IMG/VR virus record: IMGVR_UViG_3300010158_000028
Location: 1 to 64,000 of that record
DNA from: a virus
Strand: one strand, 5' to 3'
Length of the DNA stretch: 64,000 bases
The translations under genes were made by a program, and so were the position numbers. The notes below the pieces were generated by a model. That model was not told the DNA's origin. It did not search any database and saw only the letters and a list, made by a program, of their open reading frames with translations. Shown here piece after piece: positions 27,068-35,480 of this stretch (its first letter is position 1; each line of letters opens with the position of its first letter).

Positions 27068-27288
27068 TATGCTGCTTCCTTTCTCATTAATGATGAATTC
27101 CTCATCCGCAATTCTATCGCTTCACGAACCTCTGGAATCTCTTTGGCCAACATATTCAGAAAACCATTTAGGTAACCTACTGTAAATGCTTTAATCTCAT
27201 AATCACCAGCACCAGATATCATATCCTTAGCACCATCTTGGATCATATCAGTAAAATCATCAACCACAGTGCGCTTAAATTCAGTCAT
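27067..27288 (-). CDS. hypothetical protein
   Basis: Start MTEFKR with AGGA RBS. Confidence 0.55.
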   Translation of the reverse strand: MTEFKRTVVDDFTDMIQDGAKDMISGAGDYEIKAFTVGYLNGFLNMLAKEIPEVREAIELRMRNSSLMRKEAA

Positions 27289-27405
27289 AATAAAATTCCT
27301 AGTAGAGACCAAAGACAATAACAACTACAGCAGCCATAATACACACATACCCAACCATCGCATCAGCATCAAAATTCTTCATCTCAGTATTCCTTATCAA
27401 TTAAT

Positions 27406-27463
27406 CAGACTCTATTATACCAGATTCCAACCAAATGTCAAGCGTTTTTATAAGTCATTGATT
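27406..27463 (-). promoter_or_regulatory. early promoter cassette plus IHF box
   Basis: TTGACA 27436-27441, 16 nt, TATAAT 27414-27419; AATCAATGACTTA 27451-27463. Confidence 0.85.
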
Positions 27464-27723
27464 CCAAAGTGTTTTTTGAGCTTCTCCTCTAGTAGAACCT
27501 CCAAGGTATAACTCGTAAGATCGTTAAAAATCTTCAATATTTCCTGTCTCAATATTTCCTGTCTTACCAACCAAGCGCACTCTTTTACAATCAATTGGCC
27601 ATACATCTGTTTATCAAATACTGGGTTAAAATCAGTATCATAGTAACACAGTATCGCCAACTCGTCTAGTCTATTCATAGCATCCTCTGCAACTTTATTA
27701 GCAATCCTTGTTTTCTTCATCAT
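27448..27723 (-). CDS. 'F..LIV.EC' family small phage protein
   Basis: 'YGQLIVKECA..LKKHFGI'. Confidence 0.6.
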   Translation of the reverse strand: MMKKTRIANKVAEDAMNRLDELAILCYYDTDFNPVFDKQMYGQLIVKECAWLVRQEILRQEILKIFNDLTSYTLEVLLEEKLKKHFGINDL

Positions 27724-27937
27724 TTAAGTATTCCTCTACATGCTTATATGCTTCTTCTAAAGTATCAAAGAAACCACCACCAATCTCTTCTTTATTATAG
27801 AATTCAGTAACCATAATCTGACCATGATTAGTGGTACTGAATACCTCCACACCAACCTTTAAAATATCAATTCTAACTGATTTATTAGGATTCATAATAT
27901 TACCTCTTATATAAGTAAGAACCAGCCCAATCGGCAT
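27698..27937 (-). CDS. hypothetical protein
   Basis: Likely start MNPNK with GAGG RBS. Confidence 0.5.
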   Translation of the reverse strand: MPIGLVLTYIRGNIMNPNKSVRIDILKVGVEVFSTTNHGQIMVTEFYNKEEIGGGFFDTLEEAYKHVEEYLNDEENKDC

Positions 27938-28235
27938 TATCCTTGATATACTCTAAATCTTTGAATAGATTATATCGGACACCATTCTTTGCGGGTGCTT
28001 TGTAACTGGATGCCATTAACACATTACCCGTCTTTTTCTCTACGAAGGCATGAACTGAAGCACTACTACTCCATTCATCAGTTTCCTTGTATTTTTGCTT
28101 CATAATAATCTTAAAATACTTATTACCAGAGTCAATCAAGTAATATTGAGTAAAAAAAGAATTAGAAGCGGTTTTCTCATAAATTCCATGTAAAATATCG
28201 CAATACTCACATACCAACTGTTCAACTGTTTTCAT
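27900..28235 (-). CDS. conserved phage early protein
   Basis: 'SVHAFVEKKTGNVLMASSYKAPAK..RYNL..ADWAGSYLY'. Confidence 0.72.
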   Translation of the reverse strand: MKTVEQLVCEYCDILHGIYEKTASNSFFTQYYLIDSGNKYFKIIMKQKYKETDEWSSSASVHAFVEKKTGNVLMASSYKAPAKNGVRYNLFKDLEYIKDNADWAGSYLYKR

Positions 28236-28236
28236 C

Positions 28237-28449
28237 TTAGGCCCTCGTCAATTGAATATCAAATTTAAACTGGTTCATTTTCTCATCGTATAGAGTAACC
28301 GTCTTACCAATACCACGGTCTTTACCCATACAATCCAAAGCAAAGAACATAGCAGTATTCTGTAAACTAAAATCCGATACAGTGCGCCTCTTAATTGCAG
28401 TGGTACTAGTATAAAAACAAACATTATTTACAATTGCTCTAATTTTCAT
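28237..28449 (-). CDS. hypothetical protein
   Basis: AGGAG RBS directly after a promoter cassette. Confidence 0.65.
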   Translation of the reverse strand: MKIRAIVNNVCFYTSTTAIKRRTVSDFSLQNTAMFFALDCMGKDRGIGKTVTLYDEKMNQFKFDIQLTRA

Positions 28450-28470
28450 AACAACTCCTAATCAACTATT

Positions 28471-28512
28471 CAGACTACATTATAACAGAACTGTACCCAA
28501 TGTCAAGCGTTT
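28471..28512 (-). promoter_or_regulatory. early promoter cassette
   Basis: TTGACA 28501-28506, 16 nt, TATAAT 28479-28484; conserved GTAGTCTGA leader. Confidence 0.85.
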
Positions 28513-28517
28513 CACTG

Positions 28518-28592
28518 TGGTGGGCCTACTAAGAATTGAACTTAGACTCGTTCGATTATGAGTCGAATGCTTTACCATTAAGCTATAGGCCC
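28518..28592 (-). tRNA. tRNA with CAU anticodon (probably Ile2, otherwise elongator Met)
   Basis: GGGCCTA/TAGGCCC acceptor; TTCGA-CTCATAA-TCGAA; CCA; lacks initiator features. Confidence 0.9.
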
Positions 28593-28602
28593 AAAAATAA
28601 TC

Positions 28603-28745
28603 ATTGTAAAGTGCTATGTGCCGATTTGTCAACAAAGGTGCTTCCTCTGACAAGCGAATAGCGGTTATATCAGGACCTGTTCCTCGCACAGTTAGGCCCG
28701 CATAGTGGCTGATCAATTCCACGATACCCTATAGCACTTTACAAT
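28603..28745 (-). ncRNA. putative structured ncRNA A closed by a 15-bp stem
   Basis: Perfect inverted repeat ATTGTAAAGTGCTAT 28603-28617 / 28731-28745 enclosing GC-richer internal hairpins. Confidence 0.6.
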
Positions 28746-28755
28746 AACTACTCTA

Positions 28756-28890
28756 AGAGTATTATAAGGGTGAACACTATCCGTTGACTCTTCTTAACAA
28801 CCTAGGCTAACGCCACATGGTTTTTCTAAAGATTTTACTCTTCCCGGTCAGAAACAGGACTGGCAACAGCATTCACTCTTATAATACTCT
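28756..28890 (-). ncRNA. putative structured ncRNA B closed by a 19-bp stem
   Basis: Inverted repeat 28756-28774 / 28872-28890 (one mismatch), extendable by G-U pairs on the minus strand. Confidence 0.58.
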
Positions 28891-28918
28891 CAAATTTTTA
28901 AAGAACAATCAATCAATT

Positions 28919-28956
28919 CAGACTACATTATAACACAACTATACCAAATGTCAAGC
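28919..28956 (-). promoter_or_regulatory. early promoter cassette driving the ncRNA-ncRNA-tRNA unit
   Basis: TTGACA 28949-28954, 16 nt, TATAAT 28927-28932; leader lacks the AGGAG RBS seen in sibling cassettes. Confidence 0.85.
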
Positions 28957-28957
28957 A

Positions 28958-29170
28958 TTAATTATTATTTTCCAATTCAGATACCAGACACAAAACCTTA
29001 TCCATATTAACATATTCCACCTTGGATTGCCAGTCCAACCTAACTTCATACTGAATAACTGCATCAGCACCGAACTTAACACGACTATCCAACACGGTAC
29101 CCCAGCACTCAGCACCCTCAGAGGTTATAATAACAACATGGGCACCTTCTTCGTATCTTTCAATAATCAT
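28958..29170 (-). CDS. hypothetical early protein
   Basis: AGGAG RBS; single gene between two promoter cassettes. Confidence 0.65.
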   Translation of the reverse strand: MIIERYEEGAHVVIITSEGAECWGTVLDSRVKFGADAVIQYEVRLDWQSKVEYVNMDKVLCLVSELENNN

Positions 29171-29192
29171 AACAACTCCTAATCAATCAATT

Positions 29193-29249
29193 CAGACTAC
29201 ATTATACCATAATGGTACCGAATGTCAAGCGTTTTGTAAGTCATTGATT
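29193..29249 (-). promoter_or_regulatory. early promoter cassette plus IHF box
   Basis: TTGACA 29223-29228, 16 nt, TATAAT 29201-29206; AATCAATGACTTA 29237-29249. Confidence 0.85.
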
Positions 29250-29402
29250 CTAATGCAATATTATCTGGTCAATATTCCTTAGATAATCCTCATAAGCGTC
29301 CAGAACTAGTAAAACACTCATTAATTCATTCTCGGGTAACTTCTTCAACTCGGTCCGAACTACCTCAGGTTCTGCAGTAATTAACATATTATAATCAATC
29401 AC

Positions 29403-30839
29403 TTATGCCGCCTTTCTAACAACTTTTAAAGATACTTTTTTGCGACCATTTAATACTCCTTTCAACTCTTGGTGAGTCATTTGGCCTTGTAATGAATGGC
29501 AATCTTTACAGAGAACTACGCCATCCTCAACTAGTCCACCCTCAGAATATGGAGTATCGTGTGCCCATTCTGTATTTTCCAATTTTACGGATTTCTCACA
29601 AGCCCAGCATTTACAGTCTTGATGATTAAAAACTTGACGGCGTTGAGTTAAACTATAACTTCGTTTGGATTGAAGGAGAGTAACACCCAATTTAGACAGA
29701 TTACCTTTCTTTTTCATATACTGCAATATAATCTTACCAACTTCCTCTTGAACATCTGGTTCTGAATACGCACCATCATTAACACGGACAAAATGCTTAA
29801 TAGAATGTATTTCATTTTTAAATGATATCGGCACATTATCAAGAGTCTTATCTACAGTACCAGTCAAAGCGGAACGAACTTGATCGAATGGTTTTACAAA
29901 TTTCTCCATATCAATCTTAAATGCTTTATTTTGTGCATACAGATGAAACCACACACATTGGAATGCGCCAAAATCACTATCCCGCAACTTTTTTCCATAA
30001 ACTTTACCAAAATTCATAAAATCATCAAAAAATCGTGCCATATCTGACCGATGCTTCTTAGTGATTACAACACTATCTTCCTTTTCAATCATTCGGATAG
30101 TCTTTTTCTCACCCGCATCCACATGACCGCCACTTAATATCTTATGAAGGATTACCCAAACCCAGGTATGCCAGATGGCTCGTTCATTAATTGAACTGAA
30201 ATAAACAGACTCTGGTTGTCCTTGGTCACTGGTACGGATTTCAAAGATTGGATGACACTTATTAAAATTATACTCTGGATAAGATTTTGTTATTTTCCGC
30301 ACCTCTTCACAAAGAACAGAGGAATCATTATTCATAATCAACTCATAACCATTGGCAGAAGTCGTTTGATTTACAATCTTAAAAGCATCAATTGCCGCTA
30401 ATGAGGTACAGGTTATATAATCTAATGTAACTTGAAAATTATCAAAATGTTTTCTTTCTGCATCCGTAAATTCACGATAATACTTCTCTACGCCACACAC
30501 GGTAACTGTAAACTTATTATCTCTAAAATTATTAATTGCACGGCATCGGTGTCCACCATCAATAACTAGTGAATCATATCCCACATACATTTTCTTAACT
30601 TTTTCTTCGGTTGTTTTTGTGATATCCCGAAGCGTCAAAGAACCAATACCAAGACCTATCATAATAGCACTAATAATGCCTCGATCCTTTTTACTACCTA
30701 TTATAGTGAATAGAGGAGGGCGCTGGCCAACAGGATCAGGATTCAATTCCTTTTTATTAATCATATCCGAGAGCTCTTTTACTGTCTTAATAACTCTCCA
30801 ACATCCATAAGTAGGGCTAAAACTCATAATTATCTCCAT
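29403..30839 (-). CDS. DUF262/ParB-like domain plus C-terminal HNH nuclease (GmrSD-like)
   Basis: 'QRP', 'VIDGGHR', 'FKIVN'; C-terminal 'CWAC..WAHDTPYSEGG..LCKDCH'. Confidence 0.75.
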   Translation of the reverse strand: MEIIMSFSPTYGCWRVIKTVKELSDMINKKELNPDPVGQRPPLFTIIGSKKDRGIISAIMIGLGIGSLTLRDITKTTEEKVKKMYVGYDSLVIDGGHRCRAINNFRDNKFTVTVCGVEKYYREFTDAERKHFDNFQVTLDYITCTSLAAIDAFKIVNQTTSANGYELIMNNDSSVLCEEVRKITKSYPEYNFNKCHPIFEIRTSDQGQPESVYFSSINERAIWHTWVWVILHKILSGGHVDAGEKKTIRMIEKEDSVVITKKHRSDMARFFDDFMNFGKVYGKKLRDSDFGAFQCVWFHLYAQNKAFKIDMEKFVKPFDQVRSALTGTVDKTLDNVPISFKNEIHSIKHFVRVNDGAYSEPDVQEEVGKIILQYMKKKGNLSKLGVTLLQSKRSYSLTQRRQVFNHQDCKCWACEKSVKLENTEWAHDTPYSEGGLVEDGVVLCKDCHSLQGQMTHQELKGVLNGRKKVSLKVVRKAA

Positions 30840-31105
30840 TATTTTCTATATGAATTACCATATCGGTCTAAAACTACTTGTAACTGAGGTTCTACGGTAA
30901 ACCATCTTTTTACATTGAGAATCCCTGGTAAATTAGGCAACTCATATAGTGCTTTCTTTGGCATCCACACAAATCGCTTGGTGGATAACACTCTGAACTT
31001 AACTGCAGTCAACCGGTCCTCGACAACTTCGCAAGGAAGCGCTTGGTTGAAAGCCACATGAGAAAACCACAAGGATTTAGTATCACCAATGTTCATATTA
31101 AGCAA
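30839..31105 (-). CDS. hypothetical protein
   Basis: Coupled ORF. Confidence 0.55.
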   Translation of the reverse strand: MLNMNIGDTKSLWFSHVAFNQALPCEVVEDRLTAVKFRVLSTKRFVWMPKKALYELPNLPGILNVKRWFTVEPQLQVVLDRYGNSYRK

Positions 31106-31304
31106 ATTCTTTAGTGTAAATATATGCTAAATCAGCACATCCAATGGAAAACAGAAAGTCCTTAAACAAGTATCCCATCTCCATCGCTTTTACAAGAGAA
31201 TCACCGTTATAAATCGCAATTTCACCCATATATCCTTGGTCCATAATGAAATCTGCATAGGCATCACTGTATTGCAACTCATAAATTTTATCTTCTAGAC
31301 TCAT
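31098..31304 (-). CDS. hypothetical early protein
   Basis: AAGGA RBS after a promoter cassette. Confidence 0.65.
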   Translation of the reverse strand: MSLEDKIYELQYSDAYADFIMDQGYMGEIAIYNGDSLVKAMEMGYLFKDFLFSIGCADLAYIYTKEFA

Positions 31305-31325
31305 AATAATTCCTTTTTCTCAATT

Positions 31326-31368
31326 CAGACTCTATTATACCACAACTATACCGAAAGTCAAGCGTTTT
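31326..31368 (-). promoter_or_regulatory. early promoter cassette
   Basis: TTGACT 31356-31361, 16 nt, TATAAT 31334-31339. Confidence 0.85.
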
Positions 31369-31495
31369 ATATCATAGTAACAGTAATTACAGCATCCTCG
31401 GCGCCAAATTGCTGAATAACCTCTTGCATAATCTCATAAACTTGAATCCAGTCGTTGGCAATCAAAGTCTCATCAGGGCATTTTACTAGGTACAT
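31367..31495 (-). CDS. 42-aa early protein (not in the ORF track)
   Basis: AAGGA RBS; MYLVKCPDETLIANDW...; its stop abuts the next cassette. Confidence 0.6.
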   Translation of the reverse strand: MYLVKCPDETLIANDWIQVYEIMQEVIQQFGAEDAVITVTMI

Positions 31496-31520
31496 AGGGA
31501 TTCCTTCGTATCAATCAATT

Positions 31521-31558
31521 CAGACTCTATTATACCAGGTCGGTACCGAATGTCAAGC
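31521..31558 (-). promoter_or_regulatory. early promoter cassette
   Basis: TTGACA 31551-31556, 16 nt, TATAAT 31529-31534. Confidence 0.85.
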
Positions 31559-31613
31559 ATTATTTCCGTTATTATCTAGAGGATTTCTATGATCCCGCCC
31601 TGTCCACCCTGTT

Positions 31614-31686
31614 ATTATACCATAAACGGCACTGGATGTCAAGCATTTTCTGAGGATCCTTTGATAGGATCCCTAAGTCATTGATT
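31614..31686 (-). promoter_or_regulatory. early promoter plus IHF box
   Basis: TTGACA 31637-31642, 17 nt, TATAAT 31614-31619; AATCAATGACTTA 31674-31686. Confidence 0.7.
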
Positions 31687-31861
31687 GGATTGACCTTTTC
31701 TGAGGATTCTTGACGGTCCATCTCTCAGATTACGTAAACGTGAGGTGTTTTGGATTATATTCCTGGTGTTTATTTATATGTCGGTTAGTGACCACTTACT
31801 TCGAAAATTACGAATGACCGGTTGCAGGACACTTATACACATATTATACATGAATTATACA

Positions 31862-32437
31862 TTACCGAATGAACTCAAAATTTAGTCCTATTGACCTTCT
31901 ACGGAATGTAGGATTTAGATTGATTTCAACTGTATGCATCATATACGCAGGAAATACTACGAACTTATCTGGCTCTGGTGATATCCTATACATTCTTTTA
32001 CCACCAGATTCTAATCTTTTATCTGAGGTTGTTATATTCAAATTATTATATTCTTTTGTTTCAGGCCAAGTGGTGCCTCCTCTTGGATCTAAAAGAATTA
32101 AGTCACCACATAGAGGTGCTGAATTGATATAGTATATACCATTGACTACACATGACATATGATTATGTGTGCCCATTCCTTCTAGAAAGTTATTAGAGGT
32201 TACCCAGCATGCTTTTATATTGACTGAACTAAATTCATAGTATGGTTTAAAGTATTCGGTAACACATTCAAAGATCATTTTTTTAAATGTTATTAGAACC
32301 GTATCATCTGTATGAAAATTTCTAACTCTTTTTTGTGGATCTAAAGTATCAATAAATGATTGAACTTCATCCAAAACTCCTAGATTATGAAAGACCATAA
32401 TAGGTGTTGGGAATATATCAAATCTCTGTGAATTCAC
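31862..32437 (-). CDS. 2OG-Fe(II) oxygenase (TIGR02466-like)
   Basis: 'IFPTPI', HxH 'THNH', 'GIYY', 'LLDPR', 'FPAYMMHTV', 'RRSIGLN'. Confidence 0.85.
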   Translation of the reverse strand: MNSQRFDIFPTPIMVFHNLGVLDEVQSFIDTLDPQKRVRNFHTDDTVLITFKKMIFECVTEYFKPYYEFSSVNIKACWVTSNNFLEGMGTHNHMSCVVNGIYYINSAPLCGDLILLDPRGGTTWPETKEYNNLNITTSDKRLESGGKRMYRISPEPDKFVVFPAYMMHTVEINLNPTFRRRSIGLNFEFIR

Positions 32438-32475
32438 TATAATTAACTCCTTGGCATAAAATTATATATATTGTC

Positions 32476-33327
32476 ATGATTATACTATTAATATTGATAT
32501 TGATCGGCAGTAACACATATGCACAAACACTAGTCACTAGATCAAGTCCGGGTGGTACTGTTGATACTATCTCTAGAGAATTGATTAAAAATACTCCTAT
32601 TGTTATAGAAAATAGACCTGGTGCTGATGGTGATATTGCTTTAGAAAATGTAATTAATTCTAAAGGAAATACATATTACATCGGTCAACTCAATGCATAT
32701 CTAAAGTATTATATGAATATTGATGATGGTAATAAGAGTATTAATGTCCAAAAAGAATTTGATTATGTTGCCCATGTTGGAAATGTATTAAGTGTGATAA
32801 TTATCCATCCAAATGTTCCAGTTAAAACTATTAACCAATTAATTCAAATTGCAAATACTAATCCAAATACTATAAATTTTGGCACTACAGGCAAAGGAAG
32901 TACCTCAGATATTGTCTATAGATTACTAGGTAATAAATTCTATAACATACCATATAAATCTTCTATAGGTTCACATATTGATCTTATCAGTGGTCAAATA
33001 GATGTTACATCATCAACTGTATTATTATCAAGACCACTACATAAAATAGGTAAAATTAGAATAATACTCAAATTATTTGATGAACCTCTTGATGATATTA
33101 AAGGATCAAAGAATTTAATTGTCCATACCAATGTAATGATACTAAGTAAAAAAGGTAGGATTGATAATAAATTTAAAGATAATATCGTTAGTATAATAGA
33201 ATCTGATAAATTTAAATTAAAAATGCAAGAGAATGGAATATCAGTAAAATCATTGAATAATATTGAATATGATATGCTCCTGACTAATCAAATAAATCAG
33301 TGGAAATCTCTACGGTTGATTAGATAA
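32476..33327 (+). CDS. Bug/TctC tripartite tricarboxylate transporter substrate-binding protein (divergent)
   Basis: 'PGGTVDTISR', 'VIENRPGADG', 'IPYKS', 'DLISGQID'. Confidence 0.8.
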   Translation: MIILLILILIGSNTYAQTLVTRSSPGGTVDTISRELIKNTPIVIENRPGADGDIALENVINSKGNTYYIGQLNAYLKYYMNIDDGNKSINVQKEFDYVAHVGNVLSVIIIHPNVPVKTINQLIQIANTNPNTINFGTTGKGSTSDIVYRLLGNKFYNIPYKSSIGSHIDLISGQIDVTSSTVLLSRPLHKIGKIRIILKLFDEPLDDIKGSKNLIVHTNVMILSKKGRIDNKFKDNIVSIIESDKFKLKMQENGISVKSLNNIEYDMLLTNQINQWKSLRLIR

Positions 33328-34359
33328 TACAGACCGCACTTGGTCTATAGTTGGAGATATTGATTCAGGTACCATTTGGCCATCACTATCTGCCCAACAT
33401 ATTTTCCAAGTAACATTGTTGGAATAATATCTCACAACATTAGATGATTTTAATTCAATATCCTGACCAATAAAATCAGAAAATACTTTTCTTGATTTTG
33501 TATAATGATTGGCTATTGACCAAGATTGAAAATCTGGTGTATCAAAGAAAGATTCAGTATTAACAAAATTGCCAGTTATACCTATAAACCGATATCTTAT
33601 AGAATACCATTTCATTACAAAAGATATCCACCAATAAAAATCATACTTAGTTTTTATCTCTATTGGTGATCTACTCATTAAACCCTGTAGATATTCTTCT
33701 ATATTTCTAAATGCAACCTTTTTATCAGAATAATATTTTGCCATGGCACTACTCTTAAATCTATTTTTATACCAAATGCCCATATTCATTGCATTAAAAA
33801 CTATTACCGATAAATTAAAAGGAATAACATTTTTACCCATATCAATACCTGGAAAATTGGATAACCAATAATTGTTTGATACATTATAAAGATATTTTCC
33901 ACCACTTCCGGTAATAACTTTAGTTTTTAATATATTACCATTCATTAACTCACTTAAAGGTACAATATCATGAGACAGATGTTTTATTCTCTCATATACT
34001 TCGGGTAAAGTCTGTATATCATTATCTGTTATTATAACATGAGGTCTTGCACCAACATCCTCTAATGCTTTAACAACAACTAATGATGATAGACCGGATA
34101 CCAATACATCTTGATAACCTTGGTTCTTTAAGTCTGTTGCCCTCTCATATACGATATCAGAGAAACTCTTTGTTGTTAAATAACTAGGTATAGGACATGG
34201 TGTTAGATTGAAAATACTTGGCACTGTTCTATCAATACCCATACCTGTGTTGCCTAAAAATCCTATTTGATATGCGGTTAGTGTGTCTGTGTAATCAATA
34301 CCCAATTCATCTAACCGATCAAATGTAGATGGATTCTTATATATTAATAAATTACTCAC
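33310..34359 (-). CDS. degenerate PP-loop (Asn-synthetase-like) paralog
   Basis: Shares 'PIEIKTKYDFYWWISF..KW' and 'FFDTPDFQSW' with its neighbours; SGGxDS eroded to 'VSGLSS'. Confidence 0.6.
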   Translation of the reverse strand: MSNLLIYKNPSTFDRLDELGIDYTDTLTAYQIGFLGNTGMGIDRTVPSIFNLTPCPIPSYLTTKSFSDIVYERATDLKNQGYQDVLVSGLSSLVVVKALEDVGARPHVIITDNDIQTLPEVYERIKHLSHDIVPLSELMNGNILKTKVITGSGGKYLYNVSNNYWLSNFPGIDMGKNVIPFNLSVIVFNAMNMGIWYKNRFKSSAMAKYYSDKKVAFRNIEEYLQGLMSRSPIEIKTKYDFYWWISFVMKWYSIRYRFIGITGNFVNTESFFDTPDFQSWSIANHYTKSRKVFSDFIGQDIELKSSNVVRYYSNNVTWKICWADSDGQMVPESISPTIDQVRSVLSNQP

Positions 34360-35480
34360 TTCAGTAACTTTTCAATAGTATCTTTTGGTATTGTTTCAGA
34401 ACTTTTAAATACATTACCAACATCATCAATTAATCTAAAATACTGAGGAGGATTAGACGCACCACCAGATGCGGATGTTGATGCCAATGGCTCTTTATTC
34501 AAATAATAATCTTCATCATTGGTATAATCATAAATTATTTTCTTAATTGGTCCTTTTATTTCTTGTGTCTTTAATACACCATTATATGTAAGAGCATAAT
34601 TGATAAAATCTTCAGTATCGTAAAATCCTTTTATTGTATCAAATATATTTGGATTTTCTCCTCTTGTTACACATACGTTATATGCTTTACCCCAGCGTGA
34701 AAGCCAAATAAACCACTGCAGATCCAATAAATTATTAATTTCAACAGGACATTTATTCTTATACTGATTAAGTTGATCAATAACAGCATCTTTATTAAAA
34801 AATAAACTTAATGCATTAATTTCACCACGATCAATTGTAATTTTATCTTTAATTGTATTGAAAGACATAGTACCATCATCATCAAGCATTGAATAGATTT
34901 TAATTCTTTTTCTCCATGTATCACTTGTATGCCGAGGAAATGGACTACCATGTATACCCAATAAATTATATCTATCAGTATTTGCCATAAAAATAGAATA
35001 AACGTCACATATATCTTTTACTAATATATTCTTATCTTTAAGGTGTGTTTCATAGAACAATGGATATTCTTTTGTGATTGATGCTCGTGTAGTTATAATT
35101 TGTATTTTTTCATGCCACTTAGAATCTGCCTTCATAAAACTAATTAACATTCCAGTAGAGTCAATACCACCAGACCAAAATATTCTAAGTGGCGTTTTGG
35201 TTTCTAATAATTCATTAGCTCTTTTATCGCATAATTCTTCAAAAACTTTATTGCAATCACCTGTCATTTCATTGACATTAAGGGATAACGTGGGTAAATA
35301 ATTTTGTATAGGTAAATTTACAGAACCTGTTCTATCCAATGTATTATGACAGGAAAATATTCTATTAATATATTCATTTGATGCTAAATTAATGTTATCA
35401 TCTTTATTTTTTAATATAGGTAATAATTGATGTAATAAATCATCATTAAAAATTTTAATTTTGTTCATTTGGTGTAACAC
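34356..35480 (-). CDS. PP-loop adenine-nucleotide alpha-hydrolase-like protein
   Basis: 'FWSGGIDST', 'EYPLFY', 'IYDYTNDEDY..NK'. Confidence 0.75.
   Translation of the reverse strand: MLHQMNKIKIFNDDLLHQLLPILKNKDDNINLASNEYINRIFSCHNTLDRTGSVNLPIQNYLPTLSLNVNEMTGDCNKVFEELCDKRANELLETKTPLRIFWSGGIDSTGMLISFMKADSKWHEKIQIITTRASITKEYPLFYETHLKDKNILVKDICDVYSIFMANTDRYNLLGIHGSPFPRHTSDTWRKRIKIYSMLDDDGTMSFNTIKDKITIDRGEINALSLFFNKDAVIDQLNQYKNKCPVEINNLLDLQWFIWLSRWGKAYNVCVTRGENPNIFDTIKGFYDTEDFINYALTYNGVLKTQEIKGPIKKIIYDYTNDEDYYLNKEPLASTSASGGASNPPQYFRLIDDVGNVFKSSETIPKDTIEKLLK

Noticed and set aside
28480-28722. 80-aa ORF in the track
   Set aside because: It overlaps the tRNA, a promoter and the structured RNA, and has no RBS.
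28603-28890. Retron msr-msd, or HDV-like, twister or pistol ribozyme identity for the long-stem RNAs
   Set aside because: No reverse transcriptase is in the window. TGT-TCCTCGC-ACA resembles HDV P3/L3 but lies on the non-transcribed strand, and I could not build P1 or P1.1. Twister and pistol core residues are incomplete.
27406-31558. Recurring ~45-nt repeats as a CRISPR array or attC sites
   Set aside because: Spacing is irregular (hundreds to thousands of nt), each copy is a -35/-10 promoter, and there is no cas or integrase gene in the window.
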